From Spirochaetaceae bacterium (GTDB lineage: Bacteria; Spirochaetota; Spirochaetia; DSM-2461): 64,000 nt of DNA. The notes below the pieces were generated by a model. The model worked only from the letters and a program-made list of their open reading frames with translations, was not told the DNA's origin and did no database searches. Location: assembly GCA_965232165.1 (NCBI GenBank), contig CBDDOY010000002.1:479478-543477 (forward strand). Reading direction: 5' to 3'. The translations under genes were made by a program, and so were the position numbers. Below, one piece after another: positions 1 through 9,694 of this stretch (positions are counted from its first letter, which is position 1; every line of letters begins with the position of its first letter).

Positions 1-642
1 GAACCCCTCATCGGAAAGGTTCTCGGCACAGTCAAGACCGAACTCACGACATCAAGGGTCGCAGAGAGCAGCCTCGGCAATTTTATCACCGATGCCATGC
101 TCTACGATGTCCGGGATCAGGGCGTTCAGGTGGCCCTTACCAACGGAGGAGGAATCCGTGCCGATGTGGGAACCGGAGACCTGACCATGGGAAAATTGAT
201 GGAAGTTCTTCCCTTCGGCAATCTGATTGCGACATTTGAAATTAAGGGCTCGGACCTCCGCCAGGTGTTTGAGCACGGGGTGAGCAGGACCGAGGAACAG
301 CATGGCCGCTTCCTCCAGATGGCGGGTGCCAGGATCGTCTGGGATCCGGCGGGCGAACCCTTTGACTACGCCACTCAGACGGGAGGAAGGATAACCGAAG
401 TTTACATAGACGATAGAAAAGGCGGTTGGAATCCGCTGGACCCCGACGCGATCTACAAGGTCGCCGCCAATAACTACATACGGGCAGGGGGAGACGGGTA
501 CTTGGTTCTCAAGGAAAAGGCCATCGATCCCTACGATGCAGGAACACTTGACTTGGATGCGATTGAGATATACATGGAGGAAGTCCTCAATTCGGTGATT
601 GACTACAAACCTGAAGGAAGAATTCAGCGAGTCGGCCAATAA
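1..642 (+). CDS. 5'-nucleotidase/2',3'-cyclic phosphodiesterase family, C-terminal domain (5'-partial)
   Basis: Frame is open from base 1. Motifs ESSLGNFITDAM, NGGGIRAD, LPFGN and YKVAANNYIRAGGDGY are typical of 5_nucleotid_C. Confidence 0.85.
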   Translation, partial: EPLIGKVLGTVKTELTTSRVAESSLGNFITDAMLYDVRDQGVQVALTNGGGIRADVGTGDLTMGKLMEVLPFGNLIATFEIKGSDLRQVFEHGVSRTEEQHGRFLQMAGARIVWDPAGEPFDYATQTGGRITEVYIDDRKGGWNPLDPDAIYKVAANNYIRAGGDGYLVLKEKAIDPYDAGTLDLDAIEIYMEEVLNSVIDYKPEGRIQRVGQ

Positions 643-824
643 GTTGAGCGGGAGATTCTTTTGAAGAATTTATAGTGCCCAGAAGCTTAGCGGCGAGTTA
701 TAGTCTGGTAAAAAAACGAGTTACTGGAATGCTCTGAAGCTTTCTCTGCCGGGATTGCGCCAACTTCAGCTTAATCGGGCTGAATAACTGGAAGCTGTGT
801 AGATTCCATCACCAATGGGCTTCG

Positions 825-1374
825 ATGAAGCCCATTGGAATCAGTCTGCTGATTCTTTTCCTGACTGTGTTTAGGTGGATTCAAGAAGTCCCGGACCGCA
901 GCGAATTTATCATAAGGGAACAGCCACATTCTTCGGGACACTGCATGAAGAACTGCAAGAGGAGCAGGGCAGGGGGATGTTTATTGTGGCAGCCAGTGAG
1001 ATGGATCCGGAAATTCCAAAGTGATGAGCAAGTTATCTCCGTCTACAAAGACCAGGGGGGTATCGGTCGAACGGGGATTTCGTTTTCTCAAGGATCCCTG
1101 TTTTTACGCAGAGAGTTTGTACTCAAAGAAGCCACAGCGTATGATGGCGCTGATAATGGTGATGCCGTTATCGCTGCTGATTTATTTCTTAGCGGAAAAG
1201 AGGATACGGGAGGCTCTGGCATCAAATGAAGCTGCGATATGGGATCAGAAGAATAAACCGGTTCAACGTCCCGCTATTCGATGGGCATTCATGATATTTG
1301 AGAATGTTCTGCTGTTGTATTATGGGAACAAAACGATTGAGGCCATGAATGTACGAGAAGAATATTATTGTTAG
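825..1374 (+). pseudogene. IS1634-family transposase remnant (C-terminal, frameshifted)
   Basis: VERGFRFLKDP...KKPQRMMALIMVM..LLIYFLAE.RIR...QKNKPVQRP.IRW.F matches the C-terminal DDE region of IS1634 transposases. The N-terminus is degraded. Confidence 0.75.
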
Positions 1375-1697
1375 GATAATAATTCTCTCGAAATATTATT
1401 GCTTTTTGAGCATCGACTGTCCATATTGATTTAACTCCCACGAAACTTTTTCCCGTAATAGTTTTAACCGATATTGCCGACTGAAGAGCAGTATATCAAC
1501 CTCTGGTTCGGTGATAGGAATTTCAGTCTCAACATTTTCTTTACAAAATTTATAGATAAGAAAAGCTGCTATTATTCTTTAACGAAGAGAACCTACTTCC
1601 ATTCCAATTCTGCAAGCTGAAAGAAATGCGGTAACCGTTTCTTAGTTTTATTTATGAGTATGCTATCATTGAATATTTCTTCTATGTTATTCGGCAT
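1371..1697 (-). pseudogene. ThaI-family type II restriction endonuclease remnant
   Basis: Manual translation across frameshifts gives MPNNIEEIF..KKRLPHFFQLAELE / VGSLR*RIIAAFLIYKF.KENVETEIPITEPEVD / SVKTITGKSFVGVKSIWTVDAQKA..FRENYYP, resembling the ThaI family. It is truncated where it meets the IS1634 remnant. Confidence 0.65.
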
Positions 1698-1699
1698 AC

Positions 1700-2083
1700 G
1701 GAGGTGGACCCTGAAGGTTAGTAGACAGCAACGCTGCCTTTTTTTGGTGGATAACCAGGATTTAAATCCCGCTCACCCTGCCATTTAATCATATCATAAA
1801 GCATAACCGGTGTCCGCCCGTCAAGCAAGGCATGAGGTCTTTCCTCATTGTACTTGCTGATGAACTTCCTATCATTCTTTTCGCTTCCTCCATGTTTTCG
1901 TAGTCTTTGAGGTAAACCTCATCGTACTTGATCGTCCGCCAAAATCGTTCAATATAAACATTGTCCAGAGATCGGCCCTTACCGTCCATGCGCAGCTTTG
2001 TCTTGGTCTCCTTGAAAATCTCCTGAAACTCTTTGCTCGTGTACTGTGCCCCCTGATCTGTGTTGAAGATATCTGGCTCCCCG
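1700..2083 (-). mobile_element. IS3-family remnant (integrase-core C-terminus plus right end)
   Basis: GEPDIFNTDQGAQYTS and MDGKGRSLDNVYIERFWRTIKYDEVYL motifs. An IS3-like end GAGGTGGACCC lies at ~1701-1711. The element is cut at 2083 by IS1634. Confidence 0.8.
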
Positions 2084-4222
2084 TTAACCCAAGTTCACCA
2101 AAATACACCTGCTAAATATTTTTTTAACGACCAAGAAAACGAATTACTTCAAAAAAAGGCTTAAATATTTCCCAAAACCTCATAAATACCATAGAATATT
2201 TAGGGATTCCGCTTTTTGGGGACCTCAAATCACCTCAAATCAAAATGTAGTGCCTAACACTTTATTTTTCGCTTGCCTCTTTTGTGGCTGTGGTGTATCT
2301 TAGTGGTATGTATATAAGATCAATAAAAGTTGCCAACGGTAAAACGAAAAAACAGTACACCTACCTCAATCTTGTGGAAAATATCCGCACTGATAAAGGC
2401 CCCCGACAGCGGATTATTCTCAACCTTGGAAAACTGGATATTGATTCTTCTCAATACAAAGCTCTGTCAAAAAGAATTGAAAATATTCTTTCAGGAACCA
2501 GAGAATTATTCGACTTGGATGAAGACATTGAGAAAATCGCACAGCAGGTATCAGACCGCATTTTCACCAAGCGGGCAAAAGACGCACAACTAAAAGCTCA
2601 AGCGCAAGCCAATTTTGTAGCGGTCGATGTTAACAGCCTTGAAACAAAGAAAGTCAGAAGCCTAGGCCCTGAGTACGTCTGTCATCAGCAATGGAAAGAG
2701 TTGGAAATGGACAGAGTTCTAAGGAAATGCGGTGTGCCTAAGGGAACGATCCCCTTACTTGAAGCTCTAATCGTCGGTAGAATGATCAAACCAGCCAGCG
2801 AGCGATTTACCAGGCAGTGGGCGGAAAAACATTCTGCTCTTTTTGAGCTGTGCGGCTTACCCCATTCGTCCTCCCTGAATGCGTACTACAGGGCTGCCGA
2901 TGTTCTCTACCGCTGTAAGGACGAGCTGGAGAAGCATTTGGCTTGTAAAGAACAAGATTTATTCTCCCTCGACGAAAGCATTGTACTTTACGATTTAACG
3001 AACACCTACTTTGAGGGTCAGTGCAAAAAGAACCCAAAGGCATCTTATGGTCGCTCGAAAGAAAAGCGCAGTGACTGCAAATTGGCTACCCTGGGGTTGG
3101 TTGTCGATGCGGATGGATTTCCCAAGTATAGCAAGTTCCATCCGGGGAACCAGTGCGAATCCAAGACTTTTCAGGCCACGATTTTAGATTTGGAAGCCAA
3201 CGCGGGCCTAAAAGTCGGGGCAACTGTCGTAATGGATGCCGGGATTGCCACAAAAGAGAATATCGAATGGCTTAAAAAGCGAAAATGTACCTACCTTGTG
3301 GTTCACAGAGGGAAAAGTCCTTTGGAGCTTGAGCCATCGCAAGAGATGAATCTGGTCATGGAGGACAAGAAAACAGGTGCCAAGATTGAAGTATTCGGAA
3401 AAACAATCTCGGATGAGCATTGGGTTCTGGTAAAGAGCGAGCACAAACGTCTTAAAGAAGAGGCCATGGCTATGCGTACCGAAACCATCCTCCTTGAAAG
3501 ACTTCAATATCTTCGTGACGGATTAAACAAGAAAAACCGCATGAAACTGTATTCTTCGGTTCTTCAGAGCATTGGCAGGCTTAAGGAAAAATATCCAAAG
3601 GCTGCAAAACTTTATGAAATATCAGTTATTCCTGGGGAGCCTGCCAAGCGGACAGGAAAGTTGAATGCGATTGACATTAAATGGGAGAAGAAAACTCAGA
3701 CAGGAAACAGTGAAGGAACTTATACCCTTAGAACCAATCGAAAAGATTTGGATGACAAAAATATTTGGGAGCTCTATATAATGCTTGGCCGTATTGAAAA
3801 CTCATTTAGAGACATGAAGTCTCATCTTGGCTTTCGGCCTAACTTTCATCAACTGGAGGAGAGAGTGCAGTCGCATATGTTTATATCAGTCCTTGCGTAT
3901 CACCTGATGCATGCGACTGAATGTAAATTACGAAAAGGGGGAGATACACGGAGTTGGAAGACCATAAAAGAAGTTCTTTCTACCCACCAGAGGATAACCA
4001 TAGAGTACATTTCCAAGACTGAAGAGGGAGTGCTGATGAATAATGAAGTGAGACTCGACTCCCGACAGGAACTAGAACATCAGAAGATTTATGCGATGCT
4101 TGGGTTGTCGGGAAAGGCGTTGAACCGTCGGATGACGACTCACCAAATCCGTAGTGTAAATAAAAAATAGTAACTCCATTTATTATAAGGAATTACGTTT
4201 TTTAGTGGTGAACTTGGGTTAA
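2084..4222 (+). mobile_element. IS1634-family insertion sequence, apparently complete
   Basis: A perfect 17-bp inverted repeat, TTAACCCAAGTTCACCA (2084-2100) / TGGTGAACTTGGGTTAA (4206-4222), brackets a single transposase ORF. Confidence 0.9.
2308..4170 (+). CDS. IS1634-family DDE transposase
   Basis: MYIRSIKV...YLNLVENIR...PRQRIILNLG N-terminus, LYDLTNTYFEG, YGRSKEKRSDC, VVMDAGIAT, IENSFRDMKSHLGFRP. Confidence 0.9.
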   Translation: MYIRSIKVANGKTKKQYTYLNLVENIRTDKGPRQRIILNLGKLDIDSSQYKALSKRIENILSGTRELFDLDEDIEKIAQQVSDRIFTKRAKDAQLKAQAQANFVAVDVNSLETKKVRSLGPEYVCHQQWKELEMDRVLRKCGVPKGTIPLLEALIVGRMIKPASERFTRQWAEKHSALFELCGLPHSSSLNAYYRAADVLYRCKDELEKHLACKEQDLFSLDESIVLYDLTNTYFEGQCKKNPKASYGRSKEKRSDCKLATLGLVVDADGFPKYSKFHPGNQCESKTFQATILDLEANAGLKVGATVVMDAGIATKENIEWLKKRKCTYLVVHRGKSPLELEPSQEMNLVMEDKKTGAKIEVFGKTISDEHWVLVKSEHKRLKEEAMAMRTETILLERLQYLRDGLNKKNRMKLYSSVLQSIGRLKEKYPKAAKLYEISVIPGEPAKRTGKLNAIDIKWEKKTQTGNSEGTYTLRTNRKDLDDKNIWELYIMLGRIENSFRDMKSHLGFRPNFHQLEERVQSHMFISVLAYHLMHATECKLRKGGDTRSWKTIKEVLSTHQRITIEYISKTEEGVLMNNEVRLDSRQELEHQKIYAMLGLSGKALNRRMTTHQIRSVNKK

Positions 4223-4270
4223 GTGAAGTCTGATAAACTCCTGCATAATTTTTTAAGGAGGTTTATAGTT

Positions 4271-7200
4271 ATGAATCAATTAACAAGAGCGATACCCCTA
4301 GTGGCGCTCGTCGGATTTCTCGTCCTCATTGGATTGGGAGGCTGTCCCGCAGCAAGTGAGGGATTGAGTGATCAGGAATCGGTTGCTGCTGATAAGGCCG
4401 CACTAGTCATTGGCTACGCAGGTACAGACAGCGCAGCTTCGGTAACCCAGGCATTGACCCTGCCGACTTCCGGAGACAGCGGAACCGTCATAACGTGGGC
4501 CAGCGGCATGACCGATGTCATCGACAATGCCGGAACGGTTACCCGCCCGGATGTTAATGGTGCCGATACGTCTGTCACTCTCACCGCGACGATAACAAAG
4601 AATAATGAAAGCGACACACAGGTCTTCTTCCTGCAGGTTCTAAAAGCTCTGAACGATGCCGATTCGGTAGCTGCTGATAAGGCCGCACTGGTCATTGGCT
4701 ATGCGGGTACAGACAACGAAAATTCGGTAACCCAGGATTTGACCCTGCCAGGTACCGGATCCAACGGAACCACTATAGCGTGGGCCAGCAGCGTGACCGC
4801 CGTTATCGACAATGCCGGAACGGTTACCCGCCCGGCTGCTGATACTAACAATGAGTTTGTCACTCTCACCGCGACGATAACAAAGAATAGTGTAAGCGAC
4901 ACAAAGACCTTCACCCTGACGGTTAAAAAAGAGGCCGGCCTAAGCGATGCCGATTCGGTTGCTGCTGATAAGGCCGCACTAGTCATTGGCTACGCAGGTA
5001 CAGACAGCGCAGCTTCGGTAACCCAGGCATTGACCCTGCCGACTTCCGGAGACAGCGGAACCGTCATAACGTGGGCCAGCGGCATGACCGATGTCATCGA
5101 CAATGCCGGAACGGTTACCCGCCCGGATGTTAATGGTGCCGATACGTCTGTCACTCTCACCGCGACGATAACAAAGAATAATGAAAGCGACACACAGGTC
5201 TTCTTCCTGCAGGTTCTAAAAGCTCTGAACGATGCCGATTCGGTAGCTGCTGATAAGGCCGCACTGGTCATTGGCTATGCGGGTACAGACAACGAAAATT
5301 CGGTAACCCAGGATTTGACCCTGCCAGGTACCGGATCCAACGGAACCACTATAGCGTGGGCCAGCAGCGTGACCGCCGTTATCGACAATGCCGGAACGGT
5401 TACCCGCCCGGCTGCTGATACTAACAATGAGTTTGTCACTCTCACCGCGACGATAACAAAGAATAGTGAAAGCGACACAAAGACCTTCACCCTGACGGTT
5501 AAAAAAGCTCTGAGCGATGCCGATTCGGTAGCTGCTGATAAGGCCGCACTGGTCATTGGCTATGCGGGTACAGACAACGAAAATTCGGTAACCCAGGATT
5601 TGACCCTGCCAGGTACCGGATCCAACGGAACCACTATAGAGTGGGCCAGCAATGTGCCCGGCGTCATCGACAATGCCGGAACGGTTACCCGCCCGGCTGC
5701 TGATACTAACAATGAGTTTGTCACTCTCACCGCGACGATAACAAAGAATAATGAAAGCGACACACAGGTCTTCTTCCTGCAGGTTCTAAAAGAGTCCGAC
5801 CTAAGCGATGCCGATTCGGTAGCTGCTGATAAGGCCGCACTGGTCATTGGCTATGCGGGTACAGACAACGAAAATTCGGTAACCCAGGATTTGACCCTGC
5901 CAGGTACCGGATCCAACGGAACCACTATAGCGTGGGCCAGCAGCGTGACCGCCGTTATCGACAATGCCGGAACGGTTACCCGCCCGGCTGCTGATACTAA
6001 CAATGAGTTTGTCACTCTCACCGCGACGATAACAAAGAATAGTGAAAGCGACACAAAGACCTTCACCCTGACGGTTAAAAAAGCTCTGAGCGATGCCGAT
6101 TCGGTAGCTGCTGATAAGGCCGCACTGGTCATTGGCTATGCGGGTACAGACAACGAAAATTCGGTAACCCAGGATTTGACCCTGCCAGGTACCGGATCCA
6201 ACGGAACCACTATAGAGTGGGCCAGCAATGTGCCCGGCGTCATCGACAATGCCGGAACGGTTACCCGCCCGGCTGCTGATACTAACAATGAGTTTGTCAC
6301 TCTCACCGCGACGATAACAAAGAATAATGAAAGCGACACACAGGTCTTCTTCCTGCAGGTTCTAAAAGAGTCCGACCTAAGCGATGCCGATTCGGTAGCT
6401 GCTGATAAGGCCGCACTAGTCATTGGCTATGCGCAAGGAGATGACGCATCTTCGGTAACCCAGGATTTGACCCTGCCAGGTACCGAATCCAGCGGAACCA
6501 CTATAACGTGGGCCAGCGATGTGCACGACGTCATCGACATTGCCGGAGCGGTTACCCGCCCGGCTGCTGATACTTACAATAAGCTTGTCACTCTCACCGC
6601 GACAATAGAAAAGAATGGTGTAAGCGACACAAAGATCTTCACCCTGACGGTTCTAAAAGAGGCCGTAAGCAATGCCGATTCGGTTATGACTGATAAGGCC
6701 GCACTGGTCATTGGCTATGCGGGTACAGACAACGAAAATTCGGTAACCCAGGATTTGACCCTGCCAGGTACCGGATCCAACGGAACCACTATAGAGTGGG
6801 CCAGCAATGTGCCCGGCGTCATCGACAATGCCGGAACGGTTACCCGCCCGGATGTTAATGCTGCCGATGCGACTGTCACTCTCACCGCGACAATAAAAAA
6901 GAATGGTGAAAGCGGCACAAAGACCTTCACCCTGACGGTTCTAAAAGCTCTGAACGATGCCGATTCGGTAGCTGCTGATCAGGCCGCACTAGTCATTGGC
7001 TATGCGCAAGGAGATGACGCATCTTCGGTAACCCAGGATTTGACCCTGCCAGGTGCCGGAGCCAGCGGAACCGTCATAACGTGGTCCAGCGACAAAACCG
7101 CCGTCATCACCGTTGCCGGAGTGGTTACCCGCCCGGCTGCTTACGCTGCCGATGAGTCTGTCACTCTCACCGCGACGATAACAAAGAATGGTGTAACCGC

Positions 7201-7795
7201 CACAAAGGCCTTCACCCCGTTGGTCGTGAAAGCCCTAAAACAAGAGAAGATGTTTCTAATTGCCAGCGATGGTACTGATCCAAGTGATTCGATTCCTGAT
7301 CGTGGGACTGGTTCCCATACTTGGGTTAGAGGAACCGAAATCACACTAAATTCTGATGTTGGTGCGGCAGTTGATTCCTCTACTGGTGGGAATGAAGGTA
7401 TAACGAACGCTACTGGTGAGTTGATTCCCCCAATAGATGAGCAGAAGTACACTGGATTGGCACTACATCTTGGCAATTTTGAGGGTGGCCATTATAAAAT
7501 TCTTGATGGAGGTGCTGGAATAGCTTTGAGTTACACATTTTCAAAACCTGTTTCTGTAATATCAACAGAAATATATACTCGAGAGATTAGTGCTCCGACA
7601 AGAGGAGAAGGATGGAAAATAAAACTATTGGATAAGGATGATAATACTCTCGCTGAAAGTGACCAGGGACCTGGAACTTACACATTCCCTACGAAGATTG
7701 AGGGGGTCAAGCGATTGCAATTATATATATTTGCTATGACTGATCCTCAGAACATCATGCAATTTAATTTTATCAATGCACTAATAGAGTTCTAG
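4271..7795 (+). CDS. Large surface lipoprotein with 10 tandem ~95-aa Ig-like repeats and a unique C-terminal domain
   Basis: RBS AAGGAGG precedes the ATG at 4271. Signal peptide with lipobox LGGC. Repeats read SDADSVAADKAAL.IGYA..D....VTQDLTLP..G..GT.I.W.S....VI...G.VTRP.....VTLTATITK (bacterial Ig-like by inference). Confidence 0.85.
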   Translation: MNQLTRAIPLVALVGFLVLIGLGGCPAASEGLSDQESVAADKAALVIGYAGTDSAASVTQALTLPTSGDSGTVITWASGMTDVIDNAGTVTRPDVNGADTSVTLTATITKNNESDTQVFFLQVLKALNDADSVAADKAALVIGYAGTDNENSVTQDLTLPGTGSNGTTIAWASSVTAVIDNAGTVTRPAADTNNEFVTLTATITKNSVSDTKTFTLTVKKEAGLSDADSVAADKAALVIGYAGTDSAASVTQALTLPTSGDSGTVITWASGMTDVIDNAGTVTRPDVNGADTSVTLTATITKNNESDTQVFFLQVLKALNDADSVAADKAALVIGYAGTDNENSVTQDLTLPGTGSNGTTIAWASSVTAVIDNAGTVTRPAADTNNEFVTLTATITKNSESDTKTFTLTVKKALSDADSVAADKAALVIGYAGTDNENSVTQDLTLPGTGSNGTTIEWASNVPGVIDNAGTVTRPAADTNNEFVTLTATITKNNESDTQVFFLQVLKESDLSDADSVAADKAALVIGYAGTDNENSVTQDLTLPGTGSNGTTIAWASSVTAVIDNAGTVTRPAADTNNEFVTLTATITKNSESDTKTFTLTVKKALSDADSVAADKAALVIGYAGTDNENSVTQDLTLPGTGSNGTTIEWASNVPGVIDNAGTVTRPAADTNNEFVTLTATITKNNESDTQVFFLQVLKESDLSDADSVAADKAALVIGYAQGDDASSVTQDLTLPGTESSGTTITWASDVHDVIDIAGAVTRPAADTYNKLVTLTATIEKNGVSDTKIFTLTVLKEAVSNADSVMTDKAALVIGYAGTDNENSVTQDLTLPGTGSNGTTIEWASNVPGVIDNAGTVTRPDVNAADATVTLTATIKKNGESGTKTFTLTVLKALNDADSVAADQAALVIGYAQGDDASSVTQDLTLPGAGASGTVITWSSDKTAVITVAGVVTRPAAYAADESVTLTATITKNGVTATKAFTPLVVKALKQEKMFLIASDGTDPSDSIPDRGTGSHTWVRGTEITLNSDVGAAVDSSTGGNEGITNATGELIPPIDEQKYTGLALHLGNFEGGHYKILDGGAGIALSYTFSKPVSVISTEIYTREISAPTRGEGWKIKLLDKDDNTLAESDQGPGTYTFPTKIEGVKRLQLYIFAMTDPQNIMQFNFINALIEF
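4366..7235 (+). repeat. Intragenic tandem repeat, ten 285-291 bp units with 576-bp higher-order duplication
   Basis: Near-identical DNA at a 576-bp offset: 4381 vs 4957, 4647 vs 5223, 5508 vs 6084. Confidence 0.95.
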
Positions 7796-7804
7796 ATGAC
7801 AGCG

Positions 7805-7870
7805 AACCCAACATAGTTCCCTATGTTCTGACAGAATGAGTCTGATTATAGGGAGAACTATGTTGGGGTT
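7805..7870. terminator. Imperfect inverted repeat between convergent genes, possible terminator
   Basis: AACCCAACATAGTTCCCTAT pairs with ATAGGGAGAACTATGTTGGGGTT and is followed by a T-run. The left arm also contains an internal hairpin AACATAG-TTCC-CTATGTT. Confidence 0.45.
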
Positions 7871-7974
7871 TTTATCAGATTTAAGTTTGCTAATCTATAA
7901 ATTGTTCTGCTCATAGTTTGTTCCTTTTGGATTACTCAAACTATGGGCTTTTTTACTCTAAAACTTTGGTTTTT

Positions 7975-8548
7975 TTCTTAATCTCAAACGGATATATTTT
8001 TATTGAATTATATTTGGATATTTTATTAAATTCAAGTAGTTTCTCATTTCATTCTTCAGTGGGAATATAGAATCCAACCATATCAGGATGGAGCCATTCA
8101 TTAAATCCTGTTTTCTTTGATTTTTCATGGTGAATTGTCTTTGTGAAAATGGGTTTCCCTTTATTGAAATCATTATTCGTATAAGCAAAACAAGAAAGAA
8201 GCGGGTGTAAATCACGTTCCGAATATATTTTTCCACGTCTACAAGATTTTGTTTCTGTTCATCCTCATTTATTTCATCAGGAATTTCATCATCAATTAAA
8301 TGAAGGTTTTCTTTAAGAAAGAAACGTGCCGGATTACTGCCGACTTTTACAAAACGAGATTCATTCCTATTATCTCTAACTTCTACAAATAATCTTGCAC
8401 TCAATGTATTCCAAGGTGTTTTTCCTGTCAAAGTTAATTGACTTGCATATCCTTCAGACTTTCCCTTTTCCCCAATATCATTATATGTTAGTGGAATATC
8501 AGAAGATTTTAAGACATCATAGGCATAATCGAGAATGGTATACTTCAA
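7975..8548 (-). pseudogene. HARE-HTH + COG2958 (HrgA-like) putative nuclease pseudogene
   Basis: RBS AAGGAG and TTG start at 8548. N-terminal GKTPWNTLSARL wHTH. A -1 frameshift near 8230 restores ERDLHPLL..F...KTIHHEKS..G.NEWLHPDMVG, followed by a nonsense codon and truncation. Confidence 0.6.
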
Positions 8549-8634
8549 TTTGATTAACTCCTTCGGATATGAGTCATTTTTATCACCACTTTTTCCAGCG
8601 GAACAGCACACTTCCCATCATGAGAAGATTCTAG

Positions 8635-9678
8635 CTATGATTGGTTCGGTTTTCCCTCTCCAAGAAGTTCCTTTATACCGCCCAGAGATGAAAGAATCCC
8701 CGATGCTTCAAATGGAAGGTACACTACCTTGCTGTCTTTTCCAGACACCATCTGTTTTAAGGTGTCGATGTAGCGGATGGCCACCATGTAATTGACGGGA
8801 TCGCCTTTTGGGTCAAGGGACTCGGAGATAATTCTGATCGCTTCGGCCTCGGCATCGGCAACCTGTATTCTGGCCTTGGCCTCGCCTTCTGCCTGCAGGA
8901 TGGCGGCCTGTTTCAATCCTTCTGCCTTATTCACTTCTGCTTCCCGGAATCCTTCGGCCTCCAGAATACTCGCCTTCTTCTCACCCTCGGCGACTAGAAT
9001 GGCCGCTCTGCGATCCCGCTCCGCCCGCATCTGTTTCTCCATTTGATCACGAATATCCTCCGGGGGATTGATATCCTGTAATTCAACCCTGTTCACCTTT
9101 ACGCCCCACTTATCCGTGGCATCGTCGAGGATGGTTCGCAGTTTTGTGTTGATTGTGTCACGGGAGGTGAGACTTTCATCCAATTCCAATTCGCCTAAGA
9201 CGTTTCGGAGCGTTGTTTGAGTCAGTTTTTCGATGGCGTCCGGCAGGTTGGCAATTTCGTAAACAACCTTCACCGGGTCCGTGATCTGGAAATACAGAAG
9301 GGCATTGATCCCAATGCTCACATTATCTTTGGTAATGACATTCTGCTTCAGAAAATCGTAAACCTGTTCCCGCAAATCAATGTTCGAGGTTTCTTTCGTA
9401 ATAACGGCCCTCCTTTGGGCTACGTCGATCTTTTGGTAGTGCCACTGGATAGGCCTGGGGCGGTCTATAATGGGCCAAATTATGTTGATTCCGCTTTGCA
9501 GGGTGCGGTGGTAGTATAATGGGCCAAATTATGTTGATTCCGCTTTGCAGGGTCGGTGGTAGTTTCCTAGGCGTTCAATGACCATCGTCTCCGCCTGTCT
9601 TGCGATTTTGAATCCTTTCAGGGTGAGTATTGCAACGAACAGCAGTACTGCTCCTGCTATAATTATTCCACTTTCCAC
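8635..9678 (-). pseudogene. SPFH/band 7 (stomatin/QmcA-like) protein interrupted by a tandem duplication
   Basis: RBS GAGGAG and GTG start at 9678 give MESGIIIAGAVLLFVAILTLKGFKIARQAETMVIERLG. C-terminal QTTLRNVLGELELDE, KWGVKVNRVELQDINPP, AERDRRA. Premature stop inside the duplication at ~9524. Confidence 0.85.
9467..9563. repeat. 49/48-bp direct tandem duplication inside the SPFH gene
   Basis: ATAATGGGCCAAATTATGTTGATTCCGCTTTGCAGGGT(G)CGGTGGTAGT at 9467-9515 and 9516-9563. The second copy lacks one G. Confidence 0.95.
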
Positions 9679-9694
9679 TATGTATTCTCCTCTA

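Noticed and set aside
4414-6930. Series of ~93-95 aa minus-strand ORFs
   Set aside because: They are antisense shadows of the Ig-repeat lipoprotein, recurring with the same period.
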